A stretch of DNA of 62,090 nucleotides, the filler included, from Choristocarpus tenellus KU-1152 (lineage: Eukaryota > Protista > Phaeophyceae): assembly GCA_964200185.2 (NCBI GenBank). It is 12 parts of 12 records of this genome, joined end to end, with 100 filler letters (N's around TTAATTAATTAA, not from the genome) between each part and the next. Parts side by side here need not be neighbours in the genome. Positions count along the whole stretch, not along the records: positions 37,549 to 41,620 come from CAXNAD020016376.1; positions 41,721 to 46,857 come from CAXNAD020011755.1; positions 46,958 to 49,705 come from CAXNAD020025088.1; positions 49,806 to 59,137 come from CAXNAD020003770.1; 8 more parts are not named here. One strand, written 5' to 3'. Within the stretch, counting starts at the first letter, position 1. Each line of letters starts with the position of its first letter. The notes beneath the pieces were generated by a model, which was not told the DNA's origin, did not search any database, and saw only the letters and a list, made by a program, of their open reading frames with translations. A program made the translations under genes and the position numbers. This document shows, one piece after another, positions 40,255-52,089 of the stretch.

Positions 40255-41270
40255 TTTTAGTGAAGGAGAGAAATGTAGGATGAGAAGATACTCCTGTCCG
40301 TGACTGTGGGGTGTGATTCTGTATGGAATTTTGACTATATTCTTGACCATTGTTGACCCAAAAAGGATCCTAGAAAGTGCTTGTATCAGCAACTTAATGC
40401 TTGCTTTTTGTGGAAGAGAGAGAGGGTAGGATGACGATTTCTTCCACCCCGTGACTGTGGGGTATGATTCTGTGTCCATTTTGTACTATTCTTTGACCAT
40501 CATTGGCCCAAAAGGGTTCCTACAAAGAGCTTTTGTCAACCAGCTTCAGTGTTCATTCATTAGTGGAAGAGAAGGTAGGATTGAGGATTTCTTCCAGACA
40601 GTGACTGGGGGGCATATTTCTGTGTGGAATTTTGACTATTCTTGACGATTGTTTTCACCCAAAAGATTCCTGAAAGTGCTCTATCAGCCTGCTGATTGTT
40701 CGTATTTAGTGGATGAGAGAGGAGGTAAGAACATATTTCTCCCAGTGCATAATTGTGGTTTACGTTTCTGTGTGGAGCTTCCACTATCCTTGACCATTGC
40801 TACCCCAAAATGGTTGATGTTTACTGTCACCCTGCCAATTGTTCGTATTTTTGGAAGAGAGAGAAGGAAGGATAATGATTTCTTCTAGACCTTGACTGGT
40901 GGGGATGTTTCTATGTGGAATCTTGACTGTTTTTGCTGACCCTAATTGTTCCTATAGTGTTCTTTGTCACCATGTTATTGTTCGTTTTTAGTGGGAGAGG
41001 AGGTAGGGTGAGGATTTCTTCCAAAATTTGACTAGGGGTATGTTTCTATGTGGAGGTTTGACTATGCTTGACTATTGCTGACCCAAAACTGCTCCTAGAA
41101 AATGCTTTGTCAGCCTAGTGATCGTTCGCCCTTAGTGGAAATAGAGAAGGTAGGATGAGGGATTCTTCCAAACCATTGAGTGGAGGCACGTCTCTGTTTG
41201 GAGATGTGACTGTTCTCGGCCATTACTGACTCAAAACATTCCTATGAACTGCTTTGTCACCTTGGTGATT
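40255..41270. repeat. Diverged tandem array, ~135-150-bp unit, about 7 copies
   Basis: Recurrent TTAGTGGAAGAGA..GGTAGGATGA.GATTTCTTCCA...TGACTG.GGG...TTTCT.TGTGGAATTTTGACTATTCTTGACCATTG.TGACCCAAAA; GTAGGA anchors near 40276, 40427, 40576, 40726, 40867, 41003 and 41151. Confidence 0.88.
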
Positions 41271-41313
41271 GTTCGTATTGTTCGTATTGTTCGTTTTGAA
41301 TATTTACTCAAAA

Positions 41314-41491
41314 GGGTCAAAGTATCTGAGGGGGGGATGTCGGCGTCCGTTTTTTACCCTTTTTTTGATTTTCACTTTTTTGGTGTGATTGGTCGCACGT
41401 GTCCGATTTGAAATGTCAGCAAAAAAAAGAGTTGTTTGACCGAAACGGACGCCCCCTCACAAACCACCTCCCCCCCCAGATACTTTGACCC
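41314..41491. mobile_element. MITE family C, full copy (~178 bp)
   Basis: TIRs GGGTCAAAGTATCTG+G-run / C-run+AGATACTTTGACCC; TSD AAAA; internal sequence differs from family B. A partial copy lies at 49806-49839. Confidence 0.88.
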
Positions 41492-41964
41492 AAAATTATA
41501 TATGGAAATTTTTCCTAGTCGTGACTGCTTTCTGTGTGAATGTTTAACTATTCTGGGAGGAAAAGGATCCCGTGAAGTGATTTGTTGGTCCGGTGATTGT
41601 TGGGTCAAAGTATCTGGGGGNNNNNNNNNNNNNNNNNNNNNNNNNNNNNNNNNNNNNNNNNNNNTTAATTAATTAANNNNNNNNNNNNNNNNNNNNNNNN
41701 NNNNNNNNNNNNNNNNNNNNCCCTCCCCGATTTCTCCCAAATATCTATAAGTGAACGAAACGTATCCAGGGTAAACACCCTGCTCGTTAGTTCAGTGCAG
41801 AGTGTTGTGCTATTGCAGATCCCACCTCTATGCCACTATGTATTTGATATTCCGTACTCTGGTGGTACACATTAAAGTGCTGGTTGTGCTCTGACTCATT
41901 TACTGCGCCTCACTTACCCTGTGCATTAGTGCCAGCCACTACAAAGTCTTATTTTTTCCCCTAA

Positions 41965-42819
41965 ATGTATGTGGTGTCTTCAAAGGTCAACGCATCTGAA
42001 CTGCACAAAAATGACACGGACGACATTTTAATGGCTTGCAGGGTGGAGGGAATTGCATGTGAGAACGTGGGTTCACCTGCTATTAAGACCGGCAATGAAG
42101 CTGGGTTGGGAAGAGAGGGACCAAACAGTATCCATGATGCCATTGAAGTGCTGGAACTGTCCAGTGAGACTGTTGAAGTAACAAATGATCCGAAAGAGCA
42201 GAGAGTGAAAACAGGGAGGATGGAAATCCTCCAAGTAGAGGCTGGGCTGGGAGGGGATTCTGTTGGGGTGGAGGGCGAGATCTGGGACACTCCCAAGGGT
42301 GAGCGACTAGGGGGTGGAGAGAAAAAGAAGTCTCATGAAGTTCTTCCAGATATCACAGCCCCAGCACTAGACACAGTAGAGTGTGGAACTTCAGAGGTAG
42401 CCTCATTGACACTCTGCAACAGCAGAGAACAAGCACAGACTTCTGTGCCATCCATGGGAAATGAGATGGGCAAACCTAGTTTGGAGGTAGAAACAATGTG
42501 CAGGAAAAGATCCCCCGAGACAGGGCACAGCAGCACAGGTTCACAGGGTGTAGGGCAGGGAGAAGAGGTAATCATTGGACCGACAGTTTCTCCAGGGGAA
42601 GACCATCTTAATGTGCGAGGCGTGTTAAAGGAGCAGCATTGTCAAAGTTCAAGTCCAGACAATAAGGGAAGTTGCGAGGCAGCCCTGGAAGGTAAGCATG
42701 AGTGTTCTAGGGATGTGGGAGACATCACTGGAGAGACTAGTGATGAGCTAGAGACTGACGTTGCCTTCTCCTCATTGAGACAGGGGAGGTGGACGTTGGA
42801 GTCAACTCGCCAGAGCTGA
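41965..42819 (+). CDS. 284-codon ORF, low-complexity E/G/S-rich unknown protein (exon or TE ORF1-like)
   Basis: Long open frame with purine-rich, coding-like composition in otherwise stop-rich DNA; no recognisable domain. Confidence 0.45.
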   Translation: MYVVSSKVNASELHKNDTDDILMACRVEGIACENVGSPAIKTGNEAGLGREGPNSIHDAIEVLELSSETVEVTNDPKEQRVKTGRMEILQVEAGLGGDSVGVEGEIWDTPKGERLGGGEKKKSHEVLPDITAPALDTVECGTSEVASLTLCNSREQAQTSVPSMGNEMGKPSLEVETMCRKRSPETGHSSTGSQGVGQGEEVIIGPTVSPGEDHLNVRGVLKEQHCQSSSPDNKGSCEAALEGKHECSRDVGDITGETSDELETDVAFSSLRQGRWTLESTRQS

Positions 42820-43682
42820 GTATGAGGGCCAACGATGATATAGAAACAGCCCAGGTAGGAGAGAGATCACCCGAGAGGATTAGGCAGGAAAGGAGGGCAT
42901 TTCTCCCGTCTACGATTGCCACAGCTGTGCAGGAGTCTCAGGTGTGGAAGCCTCTATGAATATGATGACTGATTGTATGTTAATTCCTCTTGTGTAAGAT
43001 ATTGGCTTCACTGTCCTCTCTTGAACACGTGTCATAGATAAATCTGAGGTGATCTTTTCAAATACGATTAGCAGACCTATTTAGTGTCACAAATTGCCTA
43101 TATCCAACGACTAGTCATATTTCTCATTACACGGTCCTACAAAACACTAATGTCTTGAGGCTTACATTGATCTCATGGATACACACTATCTTTGCTCATA
43201 CCCCAAGTTATCCTTTTACAGCATAGTCCTCCCTCCTCAGGAGAAGAATACCTTCCTACACAAAATGGTTCCTAGGAATTCCCCCCTTTCAGTTCAAAAT
43301 TATTGCCAATACCTTGTTGGTATTCAAGTAATGATCTCAAACCATTCTGGCATTACTGCAACACAAGGTAAACCTGGCAATGATGATTGAGAGAAGGGAA
43401 ATGGCAAGAGGGGCTCAAGAGATCGACCTGCTTCTGCCCAAGAGTGGTGGGGAAAAGGTGGGGGTGTAGAATGAGGGGAAAGGGGGGTTGCAGACGCAGT
43501 CAGAAGGGTAAAATTAGAAAAAGAGGAGAGAGATTCTGTAGACTTGAATGCAAAGTCGTTTGTTGCTGCTGCCCTTAGAATAGTACATTATGGCAAGGGC
43601 AGCCCTGGAATGGAATCCATATCACGACCTATATGGAGAGGGTAGGATTTATCTCAAGTTGTGAACTCTCGGATTCATGTCA

Positions 43683-43861
43683 GACCCAAAGCATCTGTGG
43701 GGGGGGGGGCGGTCTACACCAGGGTGCCCATCTGGGGAAAAATCAGGAAAAGTGCATTTACATTATCCATCCGACGTATGCCACCAAATCACCCAAAAAT
43801 TGCGACATATAAAAATGAACCCCAAATGGACAGCCGCCATCCCCCCCAGATACTTAGAGCC
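43683..43861. mobile_element. MITE family B, full copy
   Basis: GACCCAAAGCATCT ... AGATACTTAGAGCC; 3-bp TSD TCA. Confidence 0.9.
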
Positions 43862-45479
43862 TCATACCTTCACCTGCTTGCTATTATGGACAGGGTGTCC
43901 TTGATGCAGCAGCCAATCCAGATTTGGCTCACGTAACCCTTGAGATTGCGTGCAGACCGCCTCCCCACAACCTGTTAAAAATAATTGAGTTCCAGGTGAA
44001 GAGATGTGTACAACATTTTTGGCTTGCTACTTGCGAAATATTGTTGCTTCTACTCCTCCTACTCCTTGCTGTGACTACTAACTGTGATAGAGGAATGTTA
44101 ACACTGACAAAATGCTCCGCCCTACATGTCGAAAGTTCAAATTCCAATTTTCTATCAGAATATGCTTGTCCATTTACGGCCTATCAGAATATGCTTGTCC
44201 ATTTATGGCCACTGAAACGATCCCAAGAACATGGTTGTTTCTTGAACATTTGCATTATATCTTTGAAGTCAGTTCATTTTTTTTTTGTGCTCCTGATGCT
44301 CCTGAGCATTCTTGAGTATATACATATTCCTCTGAACCTGTTGGCTTCAAAATAAGTTGAGCATAGAGTACAAGCAGAGCTCAGAAGTTTTGGCGATGAC
44401 TAGGACATGTTCCTGCCCTGCATAGAGTCAGCAGTGATATGTCCACTTTGATACATAAAGACCAGAAAATTTACTCCGAGAAATCATCCCCTTCCTCAAT
44501 TCTGAGGAATCAAGCCCTCACAATGTGCATCCTCCAATTGTTGCTGATGCTTGTGAATCACCCCATCTCTGGTGCGCCTTTTTTGTATGTTCAATTCCAG
44601 AACCCAAAGACCCATCAAATCAGTGAGCGCCAAGTGCTGTCATCTGAACTTCGTGAAATGTGGGAGCATGTACTGTTGCGGGATGTGGCAACTGCTGGAG
44701 GGGTTCGTCTCGGACAGGTAAGCGATCAAGAATATCGGCATGGAAGAGGATGACAAGAGGGAAGTGCATCAAGTATTTCCCAACCTTGTGTTCACAGGCT
44801 ATGTGGTGGTAAAATGCAGAAAATTAGAAAAATATATCGCAAACAGTATTAGGGTAAAGGAGTAGATCTTCCATACAAAATGGAGCCCTGCTATCATATA
44901 CTGGAGTGCTCAGGAGAAATAGTAGTCCCTGCAAGGTACAATCACTTCCCTGATACTCTAGAGTGTGTACATGTGTGCTTCAAGGGTGGAACACCTGGAG
45001 GGGAAAGTACAAGCAGCATTGTCAACCCTGAAGTATCATCAAATATGTAATATACAGTAGCACGTAGGGCCATTGTAATTTTACACTGTGTGTTGTACTC
45101 TTTCTTGGATCGGTCACCAAGGGAGCTACAGGCATGCCTCTCGGATTCACATGTGTCCACTGTTCTTTGGCGAATCCACTCAAACTTAGTTGCCCTGCCT
45201 CTCCAGAAGGGGCAGGGGCAGTTCCTTCCTAGGCAGAGCAAAGCCATCCCTCAAAAATTATTCTTAGTTAAAAGAGCAGTGATGCTCAATTGATTGTATC
45301 AAGGATGCTAATGTTTCCAAGCCCCACTCAGTACTGAAGCTTTGCATTTGCTCGGAAATTGCCATTGTTCAAGTCCACTCAACCCATCACCCACATGCAC
45401 ATCTTACTAAGTGTGCACTATGCATCCCTGAGCAACAACCCCTTTGTCTTGTACGGTATTCGAATGTTGTTGTTGCTAG

Positions 45480-46361
45480 GTGGTGATTGAGCAGCTTAGG
45501 AGAGGTCCTCTGATCCCCTGCCATGATAAGAGCACAAAAACTCTCCTTTGCAGAAGGGAGGATGAGACAGAGGCTTTTGATCCTCACTGGCAGGGATTGG
45601 CAGGGTATGAACACGAGCACAAAGGAAGTCATGATCTGGAGGAGAGATGTACAGTTGCAGGAGAACCACCCTTCCTATCATCAACAGCGAGAGCAATAGG
45701 TGGTGCAGAGAGAGTCAGTGCCATACCCTGCGCGGAAAACATGAAGTCTAGGGGGTTTCATTCAGTTGGTTTCAAGGCTATCACCAGGCGATTGCATTTT
45801 CCACGCAGAAGGCGTATTAGAAGGGTCCGTAGCCTTGGTGGTCTGGGTGACACCTATGAAAAGAAGAGGAGGTGGACTTCCAAGAATAGCCGCTGGATAA
45901 ACTCGCTCACTGGCAATCTCCCACAAATCCAGGAAGGTAAAAAACCTTGGAGATCCATTCTGCACGCCCTTTCTGAGAGAAATAGCCACTCAAATGGTGC
46001 CATTGTTGATACTTCAGCAGTTCTGAGGCCTGGAGTGCGGAGCTCTCAAAACAAAATTGTTCTAGACATCCCCTCTGTGGTAGGTGGGACCAAGAAAGAA
46101 AGCACCGGAAAATGGGAAGGAGGATTCGGTAATAGCAACACAACCACCAAGGCCGAGGAATGTTCTTCCTCCATTTCGCTCTCGTGTAAAGGAGGGCATG
46201 ATGCCATCTTGAATGGGGTTAGACGATCAATTTCTTCCAGCAGTCATGGGCAGGGAAGCAAGGAGGATGGGAGAACGACCAGGTCATTGAGTGCATTCTA
46301 TGATAACGAGACAGCATTGGATCATATTGTGAGCAGATACATTTCCAAGCATGTTTTGTGA
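45480..46361 (+). CDS. 293-codon ORF of unknown function (possibly part of a pseudogene)
   Basis: Longest ORF in the window; the frame stays protein-like past the TGA (YIGAKMRQSMEE*); the minus-strand frames contain stops. Confidence 0.4.
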   Translation: MVIEQLRRGPLIPCHDKSTKTLLCRREDETEAFDPHWQGLAGYEHEHKGSHDLEERCTVAGEPPFLSSTARAIGGAERVSAIPCAENMKSRGFHSVGFKAITRRLHFPRRRRIRRVRSLGGLGDTYEKKRRWTSKNSRWINSLTGNLPQIQEGKKPWRSILHALSERNSHSNGAIVDTSAVLRPGVRSSQNKIVLDIPSVVGGTKKESTGKWEGGFGNSNTTTKAEECSSSISLSCKGGHDAILNGVRRSISSSSHGQGSKEDGRTTRSLSAFYDNETALDHIVSRYISKHVL

Positions 46362-46967
46362 TACATAGGAGCAAAAATGAGGCAGAGTATGGAGGAATGA
46401 TATGCAGCACTTTTGACTCAATCTATGTATTCGCCACGGTAATTCAAGGCAAATCTTGGCACTACTTGGTGCTTTTTGAGAGGATATTCCTTTGTAAGTT
46501 GACCTAGCCCCCATCACAGCATGAGGGGGAAAATTATTGATAGGTCTTAAACGATCAGCAACAGGTTCTCTGATCAATAAGTTATCTGTCCTATCCTCTG
46601 CTGTCAACAGACTTCCGTCTTCTAAAACCCCCATTTGCTCCTATGTGTGAATGCCTTAACATGACCATGAAGGATACACTCCGTCCAACCTTGCTCTTTG
46701 TATCTACTAATTCCCTGTTGACTTTCCTTCCAACCACTGTATTCAGTCCTAGACCATGAAGACTAGGCATTATATCCGCATAATTTCTCTCCCCTCTCTT
46801 GCACATCAAGCTAATGACCCAAAGTATCTGGGGGGGGGTGGGGAGTCAACACCATGGNNNNNNNNNNNNNNNNNNNNNNNNNNNNNNNNNNNNNNNNNNN
46901 NTTAATTAATTAANNNNNNNNNNNNNNNNNNNNNNNNNNNNNNNNNNNNNNNNNNNNATCGTCAGAA

Positions 46968-47146
46968 GACCCAAAGTATCTGGGGGGGGAGGGGGGTCTA
47001 CACCAAGGTGCCCATTTAGACCAAAACCAGGAAAAATGCATTTACATTATCCATCCGACATGTGCAATCAAATCACCCAAAAATCGCGAAATGAAAAAAT
47101 TGACCCCAAATGGACAACCGCCACCCTCTCCCAGATATTTTGAGCC
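46968..47146. mobile_element. MITE family B, full copy
   Basis: Both TIRs; 4-bp TSD AGAA. Confidence 0.92.
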
Positions 47147-47669
47147 AGAATTAATTCCAGCGAATTCAACCGAACTTAACCGAAAATGGAACATGGGTTG
47201 GAGTGACATATATTGAGAGTAATCAGACAACTGATCCGAAATAGAACTAGGATTCCACGATCCAATTCCACGCACCACAATATCCTTCTGTCGAATACTA
47301 TGGTGATACGATCGATACGATTGGAACTTTTCCGATAAAGTTCGTATCGCGTCGCAATGCAATCTCGATTACCTCGCGCGTTGGTATCAACACGCGCACG
47401 TAGCTTAGAAAAAAAACCGCGGTAACCTCACTTTACAATTTGATAGCTTCTGCCTACTGGCAGAACATATAAAATTTCTACTTCGAAGTATGTTCCAAAA
47501 CTGGCATATTCGTTTCAAACTGATGCATTCATGTTTTCACTTTCGCGGTTCAACTTAATTTTTTCCTGCTTTCCATGCTTACTCCAAATTGGTACACACC
47601 ACCCCCAACCATTTTGCCGTACTTTCGAAATTGATGACCTTTACCGTCCGACATAACACATCAAATTTC

Positions 47670-47926
47670 GAGCCCTAGTATCTTAGAGGGTAGAGCCGCA
47701 TCCGTTTGGGGCCAAAACCCAGTGTTACGATTTTGATGTAATTTTGGCTATCGGGTTTGTTAGGAGGTGTCAACATCCTTGTTCCGGACACACCTTTTCA
47801 TAACGTAAACATTTGAATTATTTCGAAACATTTCGGAGTAGGTAAAATGTCATAAGAAAACGTGGGAAGCCAAGTCCCAAATGGACAAACAGGGCAAAAC
47901 TCATACCATCTAAAATACTTTCACTC
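47670..47926. mobile_element. MITE family A, full copy
   Basis: 3-bp TSD TTC, supported by empty paralogous sites at ~53700, ~53935 and ~56570. Confidence 0.92.
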
Positions 47927-48159
47927 TTCTTCATTACTGTCTGGCCTTTGTCAATCTCAAACCTGTGTATGGTTGCCCTCCTGATATCTAACTCGAGTCG
48001 GCGCGTAAATCCTTTTCATCTGCTTACGGTATTGGTGCGTTCTCATATCCAATACTCCTTCCATGTCGGCGGGGTTTACCATTCAACGCATGTTCGCAAA
48101 CAGCAGTCTCCATGGAAAACGCTATGCCGTCCTCATGACGACAACAGCACTTCAACCAT

Positions 48160-48416
48160 GAGTGAAAGTATCTTGGAGGGTACGAGTTTTGCCCTGTTTG
48201 TCCATTTGGGGTTTGGGTTCCCACGGGTTTTTAATGACATTCTACCTACTCCAAAATGTTTCGAAGTGGGTAAAATGTATACATTATGAAAAGGTGTGTC
48301 TGGAACAAGAACATTGAAATCTCTTAACAAACACGATACCCAAAATTACATCAAATTGCAACATTGGATTTTGGTTCCCAAATGGACGCGACTCTACCCT
48401 CTAAGATACTTGACTC
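48160..48416. mobile_element. MITE family A, full copy
   Basis: Both TIRs; TSD ambiguous (CCAT/TCAT). Confidence 0.9.
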
Positions 48417-50099
48417 TCATATCATCTCACATTTGCCTAGCCGACGCATGGACACAAACCTTGCACTCCCTACAGATCCCGTCATCATTGATCACATACT
48501 CTGTCACTGTTTATACAACAATACCCTTGCTGTCATCACCCAACAAAAGTATCCACCCCTGCGTCGACATCCTGGGCCGCTAAGGTTTGACATGATCAAC
48601 TCTGTCGTTTTTTCCTCTTCAGCGCGACCCGTATGGTTGACCTGACCACATCTGCTTTCTTGTTCCAGAGGTACAATGCCAATCTCCTTGATAAGGATAG
48701 GGTAGAGTCGATGTTTTCAAAGCTGGACCCGGACACACAAGTCGCCGCCAATAAGCTTGCAGGGATCCTGAGTGGACAGTCTTTCTCTTTGTGCTCCCGA
48801 TGGAAAACGATCGATAAGTTCAAGGCTGACATGTGCAGAGCAAAGGTACCGTCTGATGTACCCGACGGCGAACTTCTCGGGCACTACATTGCGAACAGCA
48901 ACCTGGAACCGTCAGGCACATCAGAGGGTACCTTTGCTCTGCGCATGTCGGCACATCACGCGGTTGACTCCGGCGATGCATCTGTCGTGGGGATCACCGA
49001 AGCCTTCATGGAGGCATGCGTTACCGAGCTCCTACGATCGGCGACAAAACCTGCATCTTTGCAGTACCGAGCTCAAACCCAAATCCTTACCCAGGGAATA
49101 TACGACCATGGGTGTTTAGGCTCGTAAGAGTCAGTAGAGCAGCCAAAAATCTTGTATTTGGGGATGACTGCTATGTCCATGAGCCCACACAGCTAAAACT
49201 CAGCAGTCGTGGAGGGAAGCCCAGCAGCACGTTGCGTCCGGATCATGTGGAAGCACTCCGTCAAAGGAAGGCCATCTTCATGAGCCTTGTGAAGCCCCAA
49301 CCATGGAATGACAGGTACTCCACGTACCTAAATCTCTGGCACCTTCTAACCGAGGCATACCCAAAGCTTGTAGAGTGGTAGGAGAAGGGCGAGAAATGCC
49401 ATTTCGACTCCACCCACAAATTGAAATAGGGCTTCAGCCGTTTCACTTTTTTTGTTGAAGTATGGGTCGAGTTACTTGTGTCTGATTCGTACTTCAGTGT
49501 GCCTTGCCTTGGTGTCCGACTACCATGTTCATGTAGTTTCCATCCGATGGGTTATGCATTTACATAGTGGTATCGGATATATTGCTACCAGTCAGAGCTG
49601 TGTCAGTATATTATATGTGATACTCATCTGGCTCAAAGTATCTGGGAGGGGGTGGCGGCTGTCCATTTGGGGTCAATTTTTTAATGTCGCGATTTTTGTG
49701 TGACTNNNNNNNNNNNNNNNNNNNNNNNNNNNNNNNNNNNNNNNNNNNNTTAATTAATTAANNNNNNNNNNNNNNNNNNNNNNNNNNNNNNNNNNNNNNN
49801 NNNNNCCTCACAAACTACCCCCCCCAGATACTTTGACCCATCGTTTATTATCGATACATATGGGAATGCAGGTATCGGAGGACATGAACTTCGTTCTTAG
49901 GTTTCGTTCTGCTCTTGATGGAAGGATGTGTGCGTCACCGGTTTGGAGCTACATTGGAACTGATGAACACCACGTGCCTTTGATTTCAATGCAAATGTGT
50001 GTTTTCGGAAGGATATGGTGACCATATGCTTCGCTATGCCTAGTCTTCGAGCGCTAATCCCTCTTTCACATATTTACAGAACACATAGGCTACATTGGA

Positions 50100-51100
50100 G
50101 TGTATCTAGTTGCGACGGAGGCCTGGCCTTACCTTTGGGATGTCCTGGGGTCTACCCCTCCGAAGTCCACGAGTTCATTGCCGTTGTTAGCCAGATCCTC
50201 TAGTGGCTGACGGGTGGTCATCGTACATCTGCAGTGCGATGGGTATGGTCCTCTCGAAGAACTGCGACAACGATTCCTCTATATTGTCCAGGCCCGTTGG
50301 TTTGTTGTCGAGAGAGTGAGCGAGTGTGAGGTTTGTCGCATATGTGGTTTGGTAATTTTTTTTGTTTTGCACCATAATATAATTCTTGAAAAGTGCAAAC
50401 ATATGAAAAAAAGATGCAAACTCAAAGTTTAGACCCTCTCGCACTAATGAAGAAATAGTGGATGGAGAGTTACAAATATATATATACACTTTTTTGTCTC
50501 TATTTGTTCTATATTTCAACGCCGTCGTAGACATACACCTCTGTGAAGAGAGCAAAATCCCCCTTATTAAATCTCCTATTTAATTCCCGAGGAAAAGGAA
50601 CATCCGAACTAGCCTGTTCAGAACCCCAATATATATATATATACTACTATTTGATAGGGGTACAACATTCGGTAAAGGCGGTTGTTCTTTTGTTCGTTAG
50701 AGTTAGATTGTCATACAACCGACAGGAAAAAGAGGTCGAACAGGTCATAGTTCCTTCATCAAGGGAGACCAGGTGCGTATCCCTTCCATGAGGATTGGGC
50801 TTGTCTGTCGCTATCCCTGTGTGCTGTATGTAATGCTAAACACCGGGCGTATCGGAAGGGAAAAAGACAAAAGGACTTCCTCTTCGTGCAAGGTGATCAG
50901 GTGCGTACGGCTCGAGGATGATGTGAACCGACCGCGACATGCCATCCTCTCTGGACCTGACTCGATGTGCAAAACATTTTCTCTCTCCTTTTGTTTGTTT
51001 CCCCTGTTCCATTTCCAACGTGCCCACCCGATGCAGACATCACGCGATCAATTGAGAGGCTTAGTCCAACCACCGAACGCCGCCATGCCTCCAAAGGGAA
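50100..51100 (-). pseudogene. Unidentified minus-strand coding remnants
   Basis: GC-richer, protein-like stretches (AHSLDNKPTGLDNIEESLSQFFERTIPIALQMYDD; EDGMSRSVHIILEPYAPDHLARRG) with a GTAAG donor near 50132; interrupted frames. Confidence 0.35.
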
Positions 51101-52089
51101 CCAAAAGGTGAGTCCCCATACCAGAAACGTTCACCCATTGTGCTGTCTATACGGGAGCGTTTCTGAATGACCAATATCGCTAACACACGATCATGATTTA
51201 GCGCCTTCGGCGGATGTTGCAGCTTTCATCCGTTCACATAGCATGTATTAGCATGTGGCTGACATGATTCTGTACCCAAGCGGTTGTATACCCCGTAGTC
51301 ACGGCCCCTAACCCAAACATTGTTGCATAACGTCCATACCGAACACGCCCATCCGATGTCGAGCCTTCCTCATCTACCGGCCGTTCGCGATGTGTAACAT
51401 ATCCCGCCAATTCCTATGTACGCGTTCCTCTCGATAAAGAGTTCCAACCTGTCTTGTATTCGGCTTTGACGAAAGCACGAACGCGTCCCTCCCTTTAGGA
51501 ATTATCTCGTTATGGCTTTCTTAATGAATAGCCCAAATTCGGGTTATGCCTAGACAACGTTGCTGTTCACTATGCTACATCGATTCACACAAGATAGCCC
51601 ATACAAACAGACACGACACAGACAGGGTCCTAATTACATTCCCTCGCATTTCAATACAGTGTAAAGCAGTAGCGATTGAGACCCCAACGCGTTATGTACG
51701 AAGGTTTTCAGGACGACGACCATACCAATTTCGTCCACCACTGCTATGTTGCTACTTGTGTAAATATATTTCGGAAGCTCCAGATATAATTCCGAGTGAA
51801 AGCAATTTCGCGTCAAAATCGGCGTAAACCCTATGCATGCCGGTTTGTTTATTCCGCTGTATAGTCCACGGCTATGTCGACACTGGAGACGTTTTTTTCG
51901 TGTACACTAAGAGGCCTCCATGTCATGGCGCTTTGAAATTTAGGGAGCAGATGCTCACATTAGGACAAGATTGACGACGTGTGCAGCGTTGAAGAGTTTC
52001 CAACGTATCCACCCCTCATAGCGTTTTTCTTTGTCGTGAACACAACCACACGGCTCAACACATGTTTACGTGCTCATTTGTATTCGCAG

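Larger units (their letters stand above)
47170..49400 (+). pseudogene. Copy 1 of a multicopy gene cassette (paralogous to 53390-55000), including ORF 48633-49127
   Basis: Upstream non-coding DNA and the ORF (QRYNANLLDKDRVESMFSKL...LCSRWKTIDKFKADMCR) align with 53390-54990. Confidence 0.7.

Noticed and set aside
45900-46050. Minus-strand SINNGTI*VAISLRKGVQNGSP resembling the LINE RT GVxQG motif
   Set aside because: No neighbouring RT motifs (KAFD, YADD), and the opposite strand is a long open frame; probably chance.
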